A stretch of 63,629 nucleotides of DNA, filler included, from Olpidium bornovanus S191 (taxonomy: Eukaryota; Fungi; Olpidiomycota), in assembly GCA_017911155.1 (NCBI GenBank). It is 30 parts of 30 records of this genome, joined end to end, with 100 filler letters (N's around TTAATTAATTAA, not from the genome) between each part and the next. Parts side by side here need not be neighbours in the genome. Positions count along the whole stretch, not along the records: positions 48,191 to 50,529 come from JAEFCI010008056.1; positions 50,630 to 53,397 come from JAEFCI010006922.1; positions 53,498 to 54,996 come from JAEFCI010002067.1; positions 55,097 to 56,289 come from JAEFCI010006857.1; positions 56,390 to 58,461 come from JAEFCI010013504.1; positions 58,562 to 61,080 come from JAEFCI010003472.1; 24 more parts are not named here. One strand, given 5' to 3'. Made by a program: the position numbers and the translations under genes. The notes below the pieces were generated by a model. That model saw nothing but the letters and a program-made list of their open reading frames with translations. It was not told where the DNA came from and ran no database searches. Position 1 is the first letter of the stretch; the number at the start of each line of letters is the position of its first letter. Below are positions 48,607 to 61,080 of this stretch, one piece after another.

Positions 48607-50529
48607 ATGCCCGAGGCAACAAGGCTTAGGCCCGTCCGGTCGGCGGCAGACCCAAAATCTCGCGGCGCGTATTACGTGTCGAGCCCGGAGGTGCACGAGA
48701 ACCCCAACCTCGTGACGGGATTCACCGCCCAAGGCTTTGAGGAGGTGAGGACCCTGCTCGAGAACAGCATCAAGATCGGAGACGACATCGGGGCTGGCGT
48801 TGCCGCGTACGGTATGCGGGGAGAGTGGGCGGGTGGGGAAAAAGTTGTTCCGAAAAGGGAGGAGGATGGGGTGCGTCCAACAGGGAGTCATCGGCAATCC
48901 GGCGTCCTGATCCTCGCCGTCAACAGTCGATGGAGAGCTAAAGGTGAACCTTTACGGGGGCCACGCGACCGAGAACCGGCTTCGGCCCTATGACGAGAAA
49001 TCGCTGAGTCTGGTGTTCAGCTGCTCCAAGCCAGTGGTTGGTATCCGTGATCGGCGGAACTGGGGACATACGAGGCCCGTTGCCACATTCTGCTAAGCCC
49101 GTCCGTCGCTGCAGACGCACATCGTCATCGCGATGTTTGTGGACAAGAAACTTCTCTCGTGGGACGATCGGGTCGCAAAGTACTGGCCCGAGTTTGGGGT
49201 CGGCAATAAGGAGGACGTTACGATCGGCGACATCGTCAGGCACAAGGGCGGCGTCGGATGGTTCGACTGGGACATCTCCTTGGACGACACCGAAGATCTG
49301 GACCGCCTCGCCGTGAAGCTGGCGAACCAGGAACACAACTGGGGCGGGAAGAGACTTCAATCGTACTCTGGCGTAAGTTCGGGCGTCAACCGAAAGGGAC
49401 GCCCCGCGCAGATGCGTCCTCGACACGGCCGAGGATGAGTAGCCAGCTTACCGGGGTGAACGAAATGCGCCCAGATGACCGGCGGCTATTATCTCAATGA
49501 AATCCTTCGGAGGGTCGACCCCAAGCACCGCACCGTTGGGAAGATCCTGATGGAAGACATCATGCCGCGTCTCGGAGAGAACGGGTGGACTCCCGAGTTC
49601 TACTACATGCTCTCGGAGGAACTGGAGCCGCGGATGGCGCCGTTCGTCGGCTACCCGAAAATGGCCCTCCTCTTCCGGCTGTTCATGCCCAAGTGGCTCT
49701 GGACGCCGAGCGACGGGTTCGGCATCTTCGGCAAAAAGTCCGCCTCGCGCGCCAGCGTGAACCGCGCTGGCAAGGAGGGCAACGCCAGCACCGACACCAT
49801 CGGCGCCAGTTCGCAGGAATTGACGGAATCGACGTTTGTGGTGAAGAAGGCCAAATCGAGGTCCAAGCTTTTCAAAACCGCGCCCAAGGGCGACGGCGCC
49901 GGCGAGGAGGACCCGAGGCCGAAGGAAGCCAAATCCACGGCGGAAGCTCACGGCGACGCCGCCGAGTCCCCCGAGGACGGGGAGGTCATCTCCCCGGTTT
50001 TCCGGCAGATGCTCAACAAATCCTCCGTCGCCGGCAAAAGCCTGAACCACAGCACCCCGGTCAAGGACTTCCCCGCGGGCTACAACAGCCGCAGGCTCCG
50101 CAGATCCGAGCACCCTAGCTTCAGCGGAGTCGGGAACGCGCGCTCCGTGAGTCCCTGTTCCCCCAACCCCGCTCCGCGGGCGCCTCGCTCGAAAGCCGCC
50201 CCACTTTTTTCTAAATAGAAAAAAAAAAAACCCCCCGTTCCGCGTCCAGCTCGCCACTGTCGCGGCGCTCATGGCTCAGGGCGGAACGCTCTACGGGCAA
50301 ACGATCATTTCGGAGGAGACGACCAGAAAGGCGAACGAAGTCCTGTCCACCGAGTACGATCAATGGTGAGGGCGACGTTTTGGGCCTCCTCGGGGGGTCA
50401 CGCCGTGGTCGGTTACGTGACTGACCGGCATCACAGCCTTCTCACCGACCTCACGATCACGCACGGAGGGTGGGCCGTCAACAGTTTCAAAAATGTTCCC
50501 GGAACGTGGCGGGGCTGGTCCGGCGCCGG
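48607..50529 (+). CDS. Beta-lactamase/transpeptidase-like serine hydrolase (class C / family VIII esterase-like), multi-exon, 3' truncated
   Basis: GFEEVRTLL...IGAGVAAY, LSLVFSCSK (SxxK, 49019-49030), WDDRVAKYWPEFGVGNKEDVTIGDIVRHKGG, GYYLNEILRRVDP and WRGWSGAG. Confidence 0.9.
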
Positions 50530-50629
50530 NNNNNNNNNNNNNNNNNNNNNNNNNNNNNNNNNNNNNNNNNNNNTTAATTAATTAANNNNNNNNNNNNNNN
50601 NNNNNNNNNNNNNNNNNNNNNNNNNNNNN

Positions 50630-52986
50630 CACCATGTATAACAGACCGGCAGCGGTTTCTGCTTCTTGAGGTCGGATCTATCCGAGGCCTGTTGCGAAGC
50701 GTTCCTTATTGAAGGTAGCTCGCGCATTATCCTGTCTGGGTATCGATCTTCAACTCGGGCCGCAGATTCGGAGGCTGCGCCGGCAGCCGGCGCACATCGT
50801 CCCTCGCAAAGAATTCTCCCGTCGGATTCGACAAATCCGCTCCGTTCATCCAGCGGGACGTCGCACTCGTCACAGCGAAAGCAGGATGTGTGGAATACCT
50901 TTCCGGCGGTAATGGCAATTCGAGTGTTGAGGGAAGGAGAACCTTTGGTCGAATCCGACCGTATTGGTAAGTTCTGCGGCCTACCTTTCCGATTGCCTCG
51001 TAAGCCGCCTCCCCCTGGTATATCCCTCGATTGCAAGACCCGCACTTTCCTCTCAGAGCCGACGACGAGTACGCGTTTCGGTCCCTGGAAGGAAGCAAGA
51101 GTTTTGCCGTCTGGATCTTCATGGAGTCCAATTTAGACTGCAAATCGCTCATGCGTTCGTCACCTGCTCTGGGTTTTGGCGGTTCCTGCAAAGCCGTTAA
51201 ACTTTGCGCAGGGGGCGACGGCGACGCGGTAGCAGGAGGCGGCGATGTCGGAGCCGAAGACGGCGATGCGGCGGCGGGCGTCGACACAGAAGAGAAAAAG
51301 TTGCGGAAGAAGTTCAAGCCGCCGGTTGACGCCGCCGGCGCAGGCGCCGGAGCCGGATCCTGCGGCTCCGGCGGCTGCTCTGTGACATCGCTTTCCTGCG
51401 CGGAGGGGTATCGGCCTTCGTCGTCTTGGCTGCGTCGTTCGCTGCTCGGCGGGGTCATGCTGTAACTTCTGCTGTCGGGGTCGTCCCGCGCGTCGTAGTC
51501 TGAACTTTTTCGCCCAAGCCGAGCTGGCCGGTATCTTTGATCGGCCTGATCCGGGAATGGCGGAGCTTCGCCGGTCGTTCGATCACCCGGCCGGCGGGGC
51601 CGATCGGCCGCTGCGCCGGGCAGCGCCCTGTTTCTGTCTTCCGGCTGGTAATCGTCGCGCGAGCGCGGCCCGCGGCGCCGGCCGTCCGAACCGGCGCGGG
51701 AGTAATCGCTGAACTCGTCTCGGTCGCGAGGCGCCTTAGAGCTCGAGTAAGAATACTCTGTCTCTTGGCGGCCATCATCGCTGTTGCTGGGGCGCCGAGC
51801 TCTTGCGCCTCCATCGCGGTTTTGCCGCCCGGTCGGCAAGCGGTCGTCGCCGCCGCCGCCGCGTTGACTCGGCGCCCGTGAATAGCCGCCGTCGGCTCTC
51901 GACGGTTGCCGATCATTGCCTAAACTCCGCTCGCGGCCGCCGTACGCGGGAGTCGAAGGTGACGTATTGGACGGAAAACGAGACCGCGAAGGTGTCCGGG
52001 AACCGTAGGCATAGACGTCCGGCCGGTCGTTAACAATCATCCGATCTCTGCCTCTGTATGGCGCAGCTTCATTTGAAGAAGTCGTCGAACGGCTGTAGCG
52101 GTTTGTGCCGGAGAGCCCCCCGGCCCTGCCGCCTCGGGCCCTGTCGTAGTCAGCTCCGTCTCCGCCGCTCCGTTGAGAGTCCCGACTGTTCCGTTGGTAC
52201 TGGGGAGCGTCGTATCCTTGTTCGACGTATCCCCTCCGGCTTCCTTCCGGGGAGCTTGTTTGACTGCCGTACCTTGCGTCGGAACCGGCGCCCGATTCAA
52301 TGGACGGCCTACGGCTTCCGTGACGTCGGGGTGCGGCCCGGTAATTCCCACGGGCCCCATCATAATCGTCATCCGTTTCGTCGTCCTGCATTGATTTGTC
52401 GTCGTCCCCAATCTGATTGTACTTCTTCAAGAAAGCCGCGCTGGATTTCGGTTCCCTCGCTTCGGACCTGCCACCTTGACCCCGCGAAAACCCGCCGCCA
52501 TTGGCCGGCCCGGGCGGAGACTCCCTGTACATCTGACCGCCCGGCGATCCCGGCGAACTTTTCCCTGGTGGAACAGCAAAATTCGCGACGACGACGTATC
52601 ATCAGGCTTCCGGCCCCCGCTACTCTGTCCGTTCGGACAGACAATTCTTCCGCGCACATCCGCGCCGCATCTTTCTGCCCGTAAAAAGAAAAGAAAAATA
52701 AAATAAAAACAATAAAAAAATGCCCAAAACTACGGGCCGCAATCGCAAGCGGATCAAAGGACTACGGGAAATTTCGAACTCGGCCGATGGGGGGTGGGGG
52801 GGGGGAGGGATTCCCGATGACGGACGGGACGAGGGTCTTACCGGCCGAGCGCGCCGCCTTACGGAAATCCGGCATCGGCGGCGCTTCTTCGCAGACGTGC
52901 GTCCCGAGGTCTCTGTAGGCGACGTCGGCGTTGCAGGTGCCGCACCGGATGGTCGGGAGCAGCTGGCTCATCCGCGAATCCGCCAT
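50630..52986 (-). CDS. Paxillin-like LIM-domain protein, 3' truncated
   Basis: N-terminal LLPTIRCGTCNADVAYRDLGTHVC zinc motif, a long R/D/S/G-rich disordered region, then the LIM GKCGSCNRGIY...|GKVFHTSCFRCDECDVPL...GRILCE. Confidence 0.85.
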
Positions 52987-53497
52987 GCTTATTTTTTTTC
53001 CCCCCCGCCGGTGGGAGGAGGAAGGGGCGAAAACAATCGAGGAAAAACGCTGCCGGAGTTTGACGGGCGAGAGGGAGAGGGCCCCGTCGGGGGCGGAACG
53101 AGAATAAAAACCGGGGCCTTTTCCCCTTTCCCCGGCCCGCGCGAGCGCTTCGCAGGCGGGGCGGGGGCGGGGCTGGGGCGGGCGGGCTGCGGAAGAACCG
53201 ATTCCTCGCAAAGGAAGGGAAGGCGGCGTGACCCAGGCCGTGCGGGCGTCGGAAATCGCCGACCGCTCCCTCGAAGGGCGGGAAGAACAAGGAGATCTGA
53301 AAAGCGGATTGCAAGCAAATGACACTCCCACAGAGGGTGGGGGCGGGGGGGGGGGGGGGGGGGGGGGTTTCCCGGGGGGGGGGGGGGGGGGGGGGGGNNN
53401 NNNNNNNNNNNNNNNNNNNNNNNNNNNNNNNNNNNNNNNNNTTAATTAATTAANNNNNNNNNNNNNNNNNNNNNNNNNNNNNNNNNNNNNNNNNNNN

Positions 53498-54911
53498 CCG
53501 TTTGCTCATCGGCCCGTCGAGACGCTACGTCCTGCGGCTGCAGGAGAAGTACGGTGTATTCGTCCGGTTTCCGAAGGCGAGCAACCGCGAAGCTGGCGAC
53601 ACAGCGGAGCGCGACGAGAACGAGGATGCCGACACCGTCATTGTTAAAGGCGGAAAGAAAGGCGTCCAGGCTGCCAAGCAAGAGCTTCTTGAGCTGATGG
53701 AATACGAGGTGAACTCTAATTCTCTTTTCGCGGCTACGTCCGCGAATTTCTCGTCACCTAAATCTTTGTTTATTTCGGGAACAGCAAGAGCACAGTAACG
53801 TGGAAGAATTCACCATTCCCGCCCGGCACCTCCCGCACGTGGTCGGACGTAGCGGCGCCAAGGTCACGGAGATCAAGGACGAGTTTGACGTCCGCGTGGA
53901 TCTTGGCCGCCCGGAGGATGGCGCCGGCGAAGACGCCCCGGTCTCTGTCCGCATCGAGGGATCAAAAAGCGGCATCACCAGGGCCAAGTCGGCCATCCTG
54001 GCGATCACCAAGGAGCAGGAGTCGACGGTGGAGAAGCACATTCACGTCGACCCCAAGTACCACCGCTACCTTATTGGCTCCGCCGGCTCGCGCATCCGCG
54101 ACATCGTGTCCCAATGCGTCGCGGCGGTGGATGCGTCCCCGGACCCTTCCGTCAACGCCTCTGTCCATTTTCCCCGCGGCGGCGCGGACCCCGATAAGGT
54201 TACCATCAAGGGCGACGCAGCGGTGGTCGACAAGGTTATCGAAGAGATCAACAGGTTGGCCGCCGAGCAGGCAAACAAGGTCACCATCAGCGTTTCGCTG
54301 CCCGTAGCAGATGTTCCGGCGATATTGGGTGCCGGCGGCTCGACCCTCCGGAAGATTCAGAACGACCACAACGTCGAGATTTTCATTCCGAAGGCCAGGG
54401 GCAACAGACGTAGGGGTGCCGTGGACCCCGACGCCACCGTCGCCGTCACTGTCACAGGCTTCAGCGACAATTGCGAGCGCGCGAAGGAGACTTTGCTAGT
54501 GAGTTGCAGATGATGCGGATGATTTTCCGGTCGGAGGCGTGTGCGTCCGCTCAGGGGGACGTCGCGTCGACGGATGCTAACCTCAACTGCCACTTCCGTC
54601 CCAGTCCAAGTGCCGGGTGACCCGTTCGGTTTCTGTGCCAGTGAAACACCATCGTGCTCTCGTCGGAGCCGGCGGAAGGTTGCTCAGGAGGCTCAGGTCA
54701 GAGCTGAATGTGACCGTAGACTACCCCAAGCGTTCGGCCTCCTCCCAATCCCCAACCGTGCCGGACTCCGGCAAAAGAATTGACGACGAAGAGGACGCGG
54801 TGGAGCCGGTGGAGAAGGAGGAGGAGGGTGAAGTCACGTGGTTTCTGCGAGGAGAATCGACAAGCGTTGACAAGGCATGCGATATTGTGGCAAAAAGCAT
54901 TGAGGACCTGG
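53498..54911 (+). CDS. SCP160: Vigilin/Scp160 multi-KH RNA-binding protein, internal fragment
   Basis: Tandem KH repeats: LLIGPSRRYVLRLQEKYGVFVRFP, HLPHVVGRSGAKVTEIKDEFDVRVD, YHRYLIGSAGSRIRDI, VPAILGAGGSTLRKIQ and HHRALVGAGGRLLRRL. Confidence 0.93.
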
Positions 54912-55097
54912 TACGTTTCCACCCAGCTATCCCGGGGAGCGGGGGTTTCCCGCCGCGTCCGCTTTTCGGCGGAAAGTCGTCTAACGCTCGGTCGTCNNNN
55001 NNNNNNNNNNNNNNNNNNNNNNNNNNNNNNNNNNNNNNNNTTAATTAATTAANNNNNNNNNNNNNNNNNNNNNNNNNNNNNNNNNNNNNNNNNNNNC

Positions 55098-55866
55098 ATG
55101 GACGAACCCGACACGGCGCTGATCGGGGCGCACGGATATTGTACGCAGGAGATGGTCAACCTGCTCGTCACCGGGAAGGCCAGGTCCAACGTGTTCGACG
55201 GGACGGTATCGCTGGGCGACGAGGGCGGGCGGGGGCTTCCGCGCAAGATCCTCAAGGGGCTCGACGAGCGGAGCCCCTTTGGGTACCTGTCGCTTTTCGA
55301 GCATTACGGGAGCCTCCAGGTGATCGCATTTCCCCCCTACCCCCCTTTATGGCTTCCGGCAAAAAGTCGTCCGGACCCCCGACGATGGCGCTGCCCCACA
55401 CTCACACGCCCCTCTTCCGCGGGGTCCCGTTCGTCCTTTCCCTCCACCCCTTCCCCCGGGTCCCCCCCTCCCCCTCCGGTTTTTTTTTTTTTTTTTTTTT
55501 CGTTCGACCCGCCCCACCAAGGTCGGATCGCGGATGCGGTTCCCGGTCTACCCCATTTTCGTCGTCTGCAGCGAGTCCCACTACACGGTCCTGTTCTCGC
55601 CGACGAAGGCGTGCCTCCAGGTGACGACGGACGAGGGGGGCGACGGCGGCGGCCCGCAGCGCGAATTCGACCTCTTCTTCTACGACGGGCTGGCCAACCA
55701 AGAATCCCCCACGCGCCTGACGGTGCGCCCCGGCCGGCGGCGCGAGGACGGCAGCGGCGGCGGCGGCGGCGACGACGACGACCTGGTGCCCCCGCTGGAG
55801 CACTGCATACGGACGAGGTGGAAAGAGGCGGAGGTCGATTGGAACGGCGCAGAGCCGCTGCTGTGA
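55098..55866 (+). CDS. MINDY4: MINDY-4 (FAM188B)-type deubiquitinase, C-terminal part
   Basis: LIGAHGYCTQEMVNLLVTGKARSNVFDG, GYLSLFEHY, PVYPIFVVCSESHYTVLFS (catalytic His), FDLFFYDGLANQ and DDLVPPLEHCIRTRWKEAEVDWNGAEPLL*. Confidence 0.88.
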
Positions 55867-56759
55867 ATAATCGAAGAACAGTGAAATGGATTAAAAAAAT
55901 TAACGAAAAAAAGACTTGTTTTTACGAGGCCTCCCCTCTCAGCGAACTTGGGCAGTTTCCGGGACTCCGGCGATCTGCCGGACGTCCCCCACCCACCACC
56001 CCACCGCCCCCTCTTCTCCCCTTTTTCCGACTGACGGCTTTAGCCATGATAAAACGTTCCTTAAGCAATTGTCCCGTCCCCGGGAGAGGGAGGATGGGGA
56101 AGAGGGAGGAGGGGAAGTGGGGGGGGGGGAAGATGCGGGCGGCGGGCTCCCGGTCCGTTCTCCCAGGTGCACTTTTTTCACGGCCGAATTTACCCGAAAA
56201 ACGAAATCCCCCCCCCCTCCCTTTCGTTGTCGTGGGCGGAGACTCCGCGAAAACACGCGCGGAAAAAAAAAAAAAAAAAAAAAATCTCANNNNNNNNNNN
56301 NNNNNNNNNNNNNNNNNNNNNNNNNNNNNNNNNTTAATTAATTAANNNNNNNNNNNNNNNNNNNNNNNNNNNNNNNNNNNNNNNNNNNNACATGACCCTG
56401 ATTCATCTCTTGGAGCCCAGGCCCTCCATTGCCTTACGGCGTAGCAGGAGCAGGCCAGCAATCACGGCGATGCGTAGCAGAGCGCTCAGCAACCCGTGGC
56501 GTGTTCACAGACGTTTAAACAAGGGGAGCTTGGCAAGGTGGGTGGGTCGTCCGTGGCCAACCGGGCGGTGCAGCAACAGGATGCGACAGGAAAGACTTGT
56601 TGCTCTGGTTCCTGCGCGCCGATCACTTTAAGCGCGGCTCGCGACCCACTGGCCGTCGTCGTCATCCCGCCCTCCCCGCGCAGGCGCAGAGATCACCACG
56701 CCGCCTGCCGCACAGCCCTCCCCTGACTGCCTGCCGGAGACAAGGACCTTGTCCAGCCC

Positions 56760-58196
56760 ATGGGGCCGCCCGAAGGGCCCCCGCGCTGTGCCCGCTCCAG
56801 ACGCATCGCGCTCGATTCCACGACCGGCCTGTTGTTCTCCGCGGCCGTGTTTGCGTTCGGCGCGCTCCTGGCGAAGGAGCCGGCCGCGGTCGCCACAACC
56901 GGCAGCGGCAGAATGGAAACGAACTTCGCCGCTTCGGCGCCCAGAAAGGCGAGGCGTCCGCGGAAGCGCGCCAAGACGGAGGACGGCGAAAGAACGCGTA
57001 CGGACCAGGCGGGAAACGAGACGCAGGGCAAGCAGGCTCAAACGCGCACGGCTGGGTCGCGCGTAAACGCCGTCGAAATGGGCGGCCTTACTGCGTCGTC
57101 TGATGCCAACTCTCGCTCATCCTCGGCGGTTTCCGCAACGGCGACGGCGGATGCAGTAATTCCAACCCGCACCCTCTCCTCCGCCGTTGCCCGTTTCGAA
57201 TTCGACGGGGCAGACAGGCCGGTGTCGATGGGTCCTGTCCTGACAGGAATATTGACAACCGCGACACGGGTGGTTACGGCGACTTTGCGCGAAACGAAGT
57301 CGAGCGACCCCGCCGGTCCCGGCGTCGAGGCAACGTCCACGGCGACCGAACCGCTGCCGCCTTCGCTTGCCTCGCCAAACGACATCCCGGAAAGTTCGGT
57401 TTCGGCGCCGAACAAGCTCGTACTCGTAGGGTTAATTTTTCTAGCCGGTCTGGTCGCTGTCTCGGCGCTGGGCCTCGCCGCGACCGTATGGCTGCGGAAG
57501 CGGCGGAAAACGAGATTCGCCGCTAGCCAAGTGGATTTCGGCCGCCGCGGGGGAACTTACGACCGCAAGTCGCTCTTTGGGCGTGAGAAAGGCGATGATG
57601 GCGGGGCCCACCGCGTTAATTCGGGACTGCCAGAGCCACCCGCCAGGTCTCACGAGGGCTCGGTTACGAAACCAGCCTCGCACCTTAGGACCGCGCCCCC
57701 GCCTGACACGTCGGATACAGAAAAGCTCAGCCTACTCTACCCTTTGGCGGCAGACACGGAAGAACACGGCGAACCTCAGGAAATGGCGACAGGCACCGCG
57801 GCGGCTGTGCCGCATTATTGCCTTCAGGCTCCGCCGCCGGCTCGGTTTGGGGTCACGTTGGTCAACTTGCCGCCGCCCCGCCAGGAAGTGTATCGCGAAG
57901 AGAAAGGCTTTCGGGATGGCCAATTGCAGCAAGAACGTCCCCCAATCGCGAGTCTGACGTTGGACCAAAGCGGATCGGTGCCGGCTAACTCGGGCGTCGT
58001 CGAACGGGAGCATCCAGCAAACCCGGGTCAGGACATGACGTTCGGCGTTCGCAGACGTGACGACCTTCAGGTCGGCGGCACATCAACCCCCGTGAGCGCG
58101 TTCAATAACCCCAAGGAAACGCCCCAGCTAGTCCCTGACTGGCGACGCGCGGCGGCGCAACAACAGATCAGAGACGGAGCAGGGCTCTTCGAGTAG
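56760..58196 (+). CDS. Single-pass type I membrane protein with Ser/Thr/Ala-rich ectodomain and disordered cytoplasmic tail
   Basis: 478-aa ORF with a hydrophobic N-terminal segment GLLFSAAVFAFGALLA and a TM LVLVGLIFLAGLVAVSALGLAATVWL followed by RKRRKTR (positive-inside). Confidence 0.8.
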   Translation: MGPPEGPPRCARSRRIALDSTTGLLFSAAVFAFGALLAKEPAAVATTGSGRMETNFAASAPRKARRPRKRAKTEDGERTRTDQAGNETQGKQAQTRTAGSRVNAVEMGGLTASSDANSRSSSAVSATATADAVIPTRTLSSAVARFEFDGADRPVSMGPVLTGILTTATRVVTATLRETKSSDPAGPGVEATSTATEPLPPSLASPNDIPESSVSAPNKLVLVGLIFLAGLVAVSALGLAATVWLRKRRKTRFAASQVDFGRRGGTYDRKSLFGREKGDDGGAHRVNSGLPEPPARSHEGSVTKPASHLRTAPPPDTSDTEKLSLLYPLAADTEEHGEPQEMATGTAAAVPHYCLQAPPPARFGVTLVNLPPPRQEVYREEKGFRDGQLQQERPPIASLTLDQSGSVPANSGVVEREHPANPGQDMTFGVRRRDDLQVGGTSTPVSAFNNPKETPQLVPDWRRAAAQQQIRDGAGLFE

Positions 58197-58767
58197 CCCG
58201 GCGACCCGGCCTCGCTGATTTTTTGGGCTTCCGAGGGCAGACGAAGCCAGAAATTGCGCCGAGTACTAAGCGTTCCTCGTTAAGCGCGGTTCCACCGCAA
58301 CGGGTTTTTAGCAAGTTTTTGGTCGCGAATTCGGTCACCGGCCATGGCGGCTGGGGACGCATCTAAGAGTGACTCTACCTCTTGGCCGCGGACTACCCGG
58401 CGGGCCGCGGCGAGGAAGGCGACGCTAAACAGCGCTCTTCGCCAATGCTAATTCTCGTCTANNNNNNNNNNNNNNNNNNNNNNNNNNNNNNNNNNNNNNN
58501 NNNNNTTAATTAATTAANNNNNNNNNNNNNNNNNNNNNNNNNNNNNNNNNNNNNNNNNNNNCCGCTGGCCAAAAAGCCAACAGCGCCCCAACCCCCCACC
58601 CTCCCCGGCCAGAACGGTTGGAAAAAACAAAATTTATGTACAAATATGAAGCTCGAAGAGCGCGACGAGAAATGGGCCCATGTTCCGGACAAGAGCAAGC
58701 TTGACGAGGGAAACCGCAGGCCCCCCTCCCCCCTTACCCCCCTTCCCCGGAAAGAAATCTTTCCTCC

Positions 58768-60629
58768 TTACGATGGCGGAAGTCGCCGCTTGGGGCGCAC
58801 GTCGGTTTCTTGGACCTCGCGTATGTAGATGCGGTCTGGAGGGTGGCTGGCGAAGCAACGATGCCAGGACGTCCGAAACGTCAGTCGCCTCGCCAACCAC
58901 AATGATGGGAGGGGAAAGAAGGGGGGAAAAGGGGGGGAGGCGGGGAGGGGGGGACAACCGGACGGGATGGCGCGTCGGAAAGCCGCGACGTACTCTTTCT
59001 CTCCCTCGTCCCACGAGTAACTGCTCGCCACGCCGAGCGTATCGCCGGTGGCATTGAACGCCAGGGCCGAGATTCCCGTGGGGTACTGGGGCAGCTGGCG
59101 GATGCGCTTCTTGTTCGATCCGTCCCACACGTTCGCCATGGCGTCCGACCCTCCGGATGCGAAGGTTCCGTACCTGTTTCAAGAAGCGGGAGCCAAATAA
59201 GGGTATGGTACATAAAAATCGGAGCAAACCGGAGAGCAATCCCACGTGCGCAAAAAAAGGCTTCAAAACCAACACGGGATGAAACGCCAAAGCGTTGACC
59301 GAGTATATCTTCGTGGTGCTACCGTCGTTCACCCTGTGACACTTGAAACTGTATTTGCGCCGCTGCGACGCAGGAGTTGTATCGAAGAACTCGACGGCTA
59401 TGCGACCGTCAACGTTTCCGACGACATAGCCTGTAAAAAAGTCATGGTAAAAGGAGAACCTCAGCATTGCCGTCAGCTGCAGGATTTCAAGGAGGGTCCT
59501 TGGCTACTGATCACTCAGCCCCACGGACCGCACGCCCTTCTTTCAGATCCTCATGGGAAGGATCAACGCAACCACAGCCTTTCCCGCCTGCCCCTTTCTT
59601 CGCTATTTCCTCCTGGCCCTGGCTGTTTCCTCACCTTTTCCGTCCGGCGTGCATGTGAGCACTCTCGTCTGGTATTTGAACACGTTGACACGACGTTGCT
59701 CCGTCTGGTTCATGTTCCGCAAATCGTAGACGAGGATGTCTCTGCCCGCGGTGGCCACTACAAGCCTACGCGCTGAACCAGACTCGAGGCTAATTCCAAG
59801 GGCGTAAACCTTGTCCGGTTGCAGAAAACGTCCTTGCTCGGCAGGTGCCGCTCGAGCATCAAACAGCTTCACGGTCTTGTCCCAACTGCCCGTGACCAAA
59901 CAATCTGCGTACGGGACTCCGAATCAGGGCCGTGCGGACCGGATGTTGCGGCAGTTCGTGGGCGGCGGCGGCAAGCCTCACCTGTGCCGGGAATGGACTT
60001 CACCACGCGCACGGCGGCATCGTGCCGGCCTAACGTTCGCGACGCGCTCGTCCTAATGTCGAAACTGTCCCGTCCCGTCACCCCCTTTGCAGTTTAGGGC
60101 AAAAACCGAGGAAAAAAAAAAAAAAAAAAAATCGTTTTCGCTGACGGCCGCAAGCAATCGTCTTCCCGCCCTCCCTCTTCCCTAAGTCTCACATGTTCAC
60201 CGTGGAGTCCAGCCCCGCGGTGGCGGCGCAAGCGGCGTCTGGTCCGGCGAACGCCGCATCCAGCACCGGGGCGCTGTGTCGGACGGACGCGGCGAGCTCG
60301 CTCCGGCCGGTGCCTCCTGGCCCCGGGTCTCTTTGACGCTTTCCCGGCCGGCGACGGTGCGGCGGCGCCGGCGCGTCAGAGCCCCAGCTGCCCACGTCCG
60401 TCCCGGGACCGTCGTCGAAGCCGTCTTCGCCTTCCTCAGCGCCGGCGCCAGATGACAGGCGGTACACCCTCGCGGTCCTGTCCCAAGAGCCCGCGAGAAG
60501 AACACGGGGATCAAACGGGTGAAATTCCAAAGAGGAGACGCCGTCTTCGGGCGGGTCAGCCAGCTCCCGCTCGGCTGCGGCGGCGGGCGGCGGCGCGGCC
60601 GGCTCTCCTGCTTCTCCGGCGCCGGCCAT
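58768..60629 (-). CDS. BUB3: Bub3 spindle-checkpoint WD40 protein, multi-exon, apparently complete
   Basis: PPEDGVSSLEF, LLAGSWD, HSAPVLDAAF, LGRHDAAVR, VTGSWDKTVKLFDAR, FKYQTR, GNVDGRIAVEFFD, KYSFKCHR, IYSVNALAFHP, FASGGSD, VWDGSNKKRIRQL and GVASSYSWDEGE. Confidence 0.96.
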
Positions 60630-60945
60630 CAACGTTGGTTCCGCGTGCCTTTTTATTTTTATTTTTTTTTTTTTTTTTTTTTTGGCCCCGTCTTCCCTTT
60701 GATAAGTTATACAGGGATAGGCCAAACCAGAGAAAGGCACCCCTTCCAACCTCTGATACCTAAGATCTTCATTGGCACCCTACTCCAAATGTTCCCAAGA
60801 TTTTCTGGACGCTTCCTCGCGTGTTTTTATGTATGGCCCGCGTTAGAAACTTCGGTCCATGTCTCTACGTGACTTGGTTTTCCAGTGTGCTGTCCTGGTT
60901 AAGAGCAGCTCCTGCTTTGCCTTCGTGTTTCTCTTCTAGGTCACC

Positions 60946-61080
60946 ATGAGCCAGGACACCATGAGCCAGGCACGCCGTACCAACAAGCAGAGGTTGGAGA
61001 TCTGCGATCATCTGGCTGTCAGTTCCAAGATGAGCCAGTCAGCTCTGCCCGCCTAGGCTAAAGAAAGGTTTTAGTTAAAA
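60946..61080 (+). pseudogene. pogo/Tigger/CENP-B-type transposase N-terminal HTH relic, cut by the contig end
   Basis: MSQARRTNKQRLEICDHLAVSSKMSQSALPA*AKERF*LK fits the CENP-B/pogo N-terminal pattern T..Q+..IC......K.SQ..LA.WAK..F.L; in-frame TAGs at 61054 and 61072. Confidence 0.65.
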
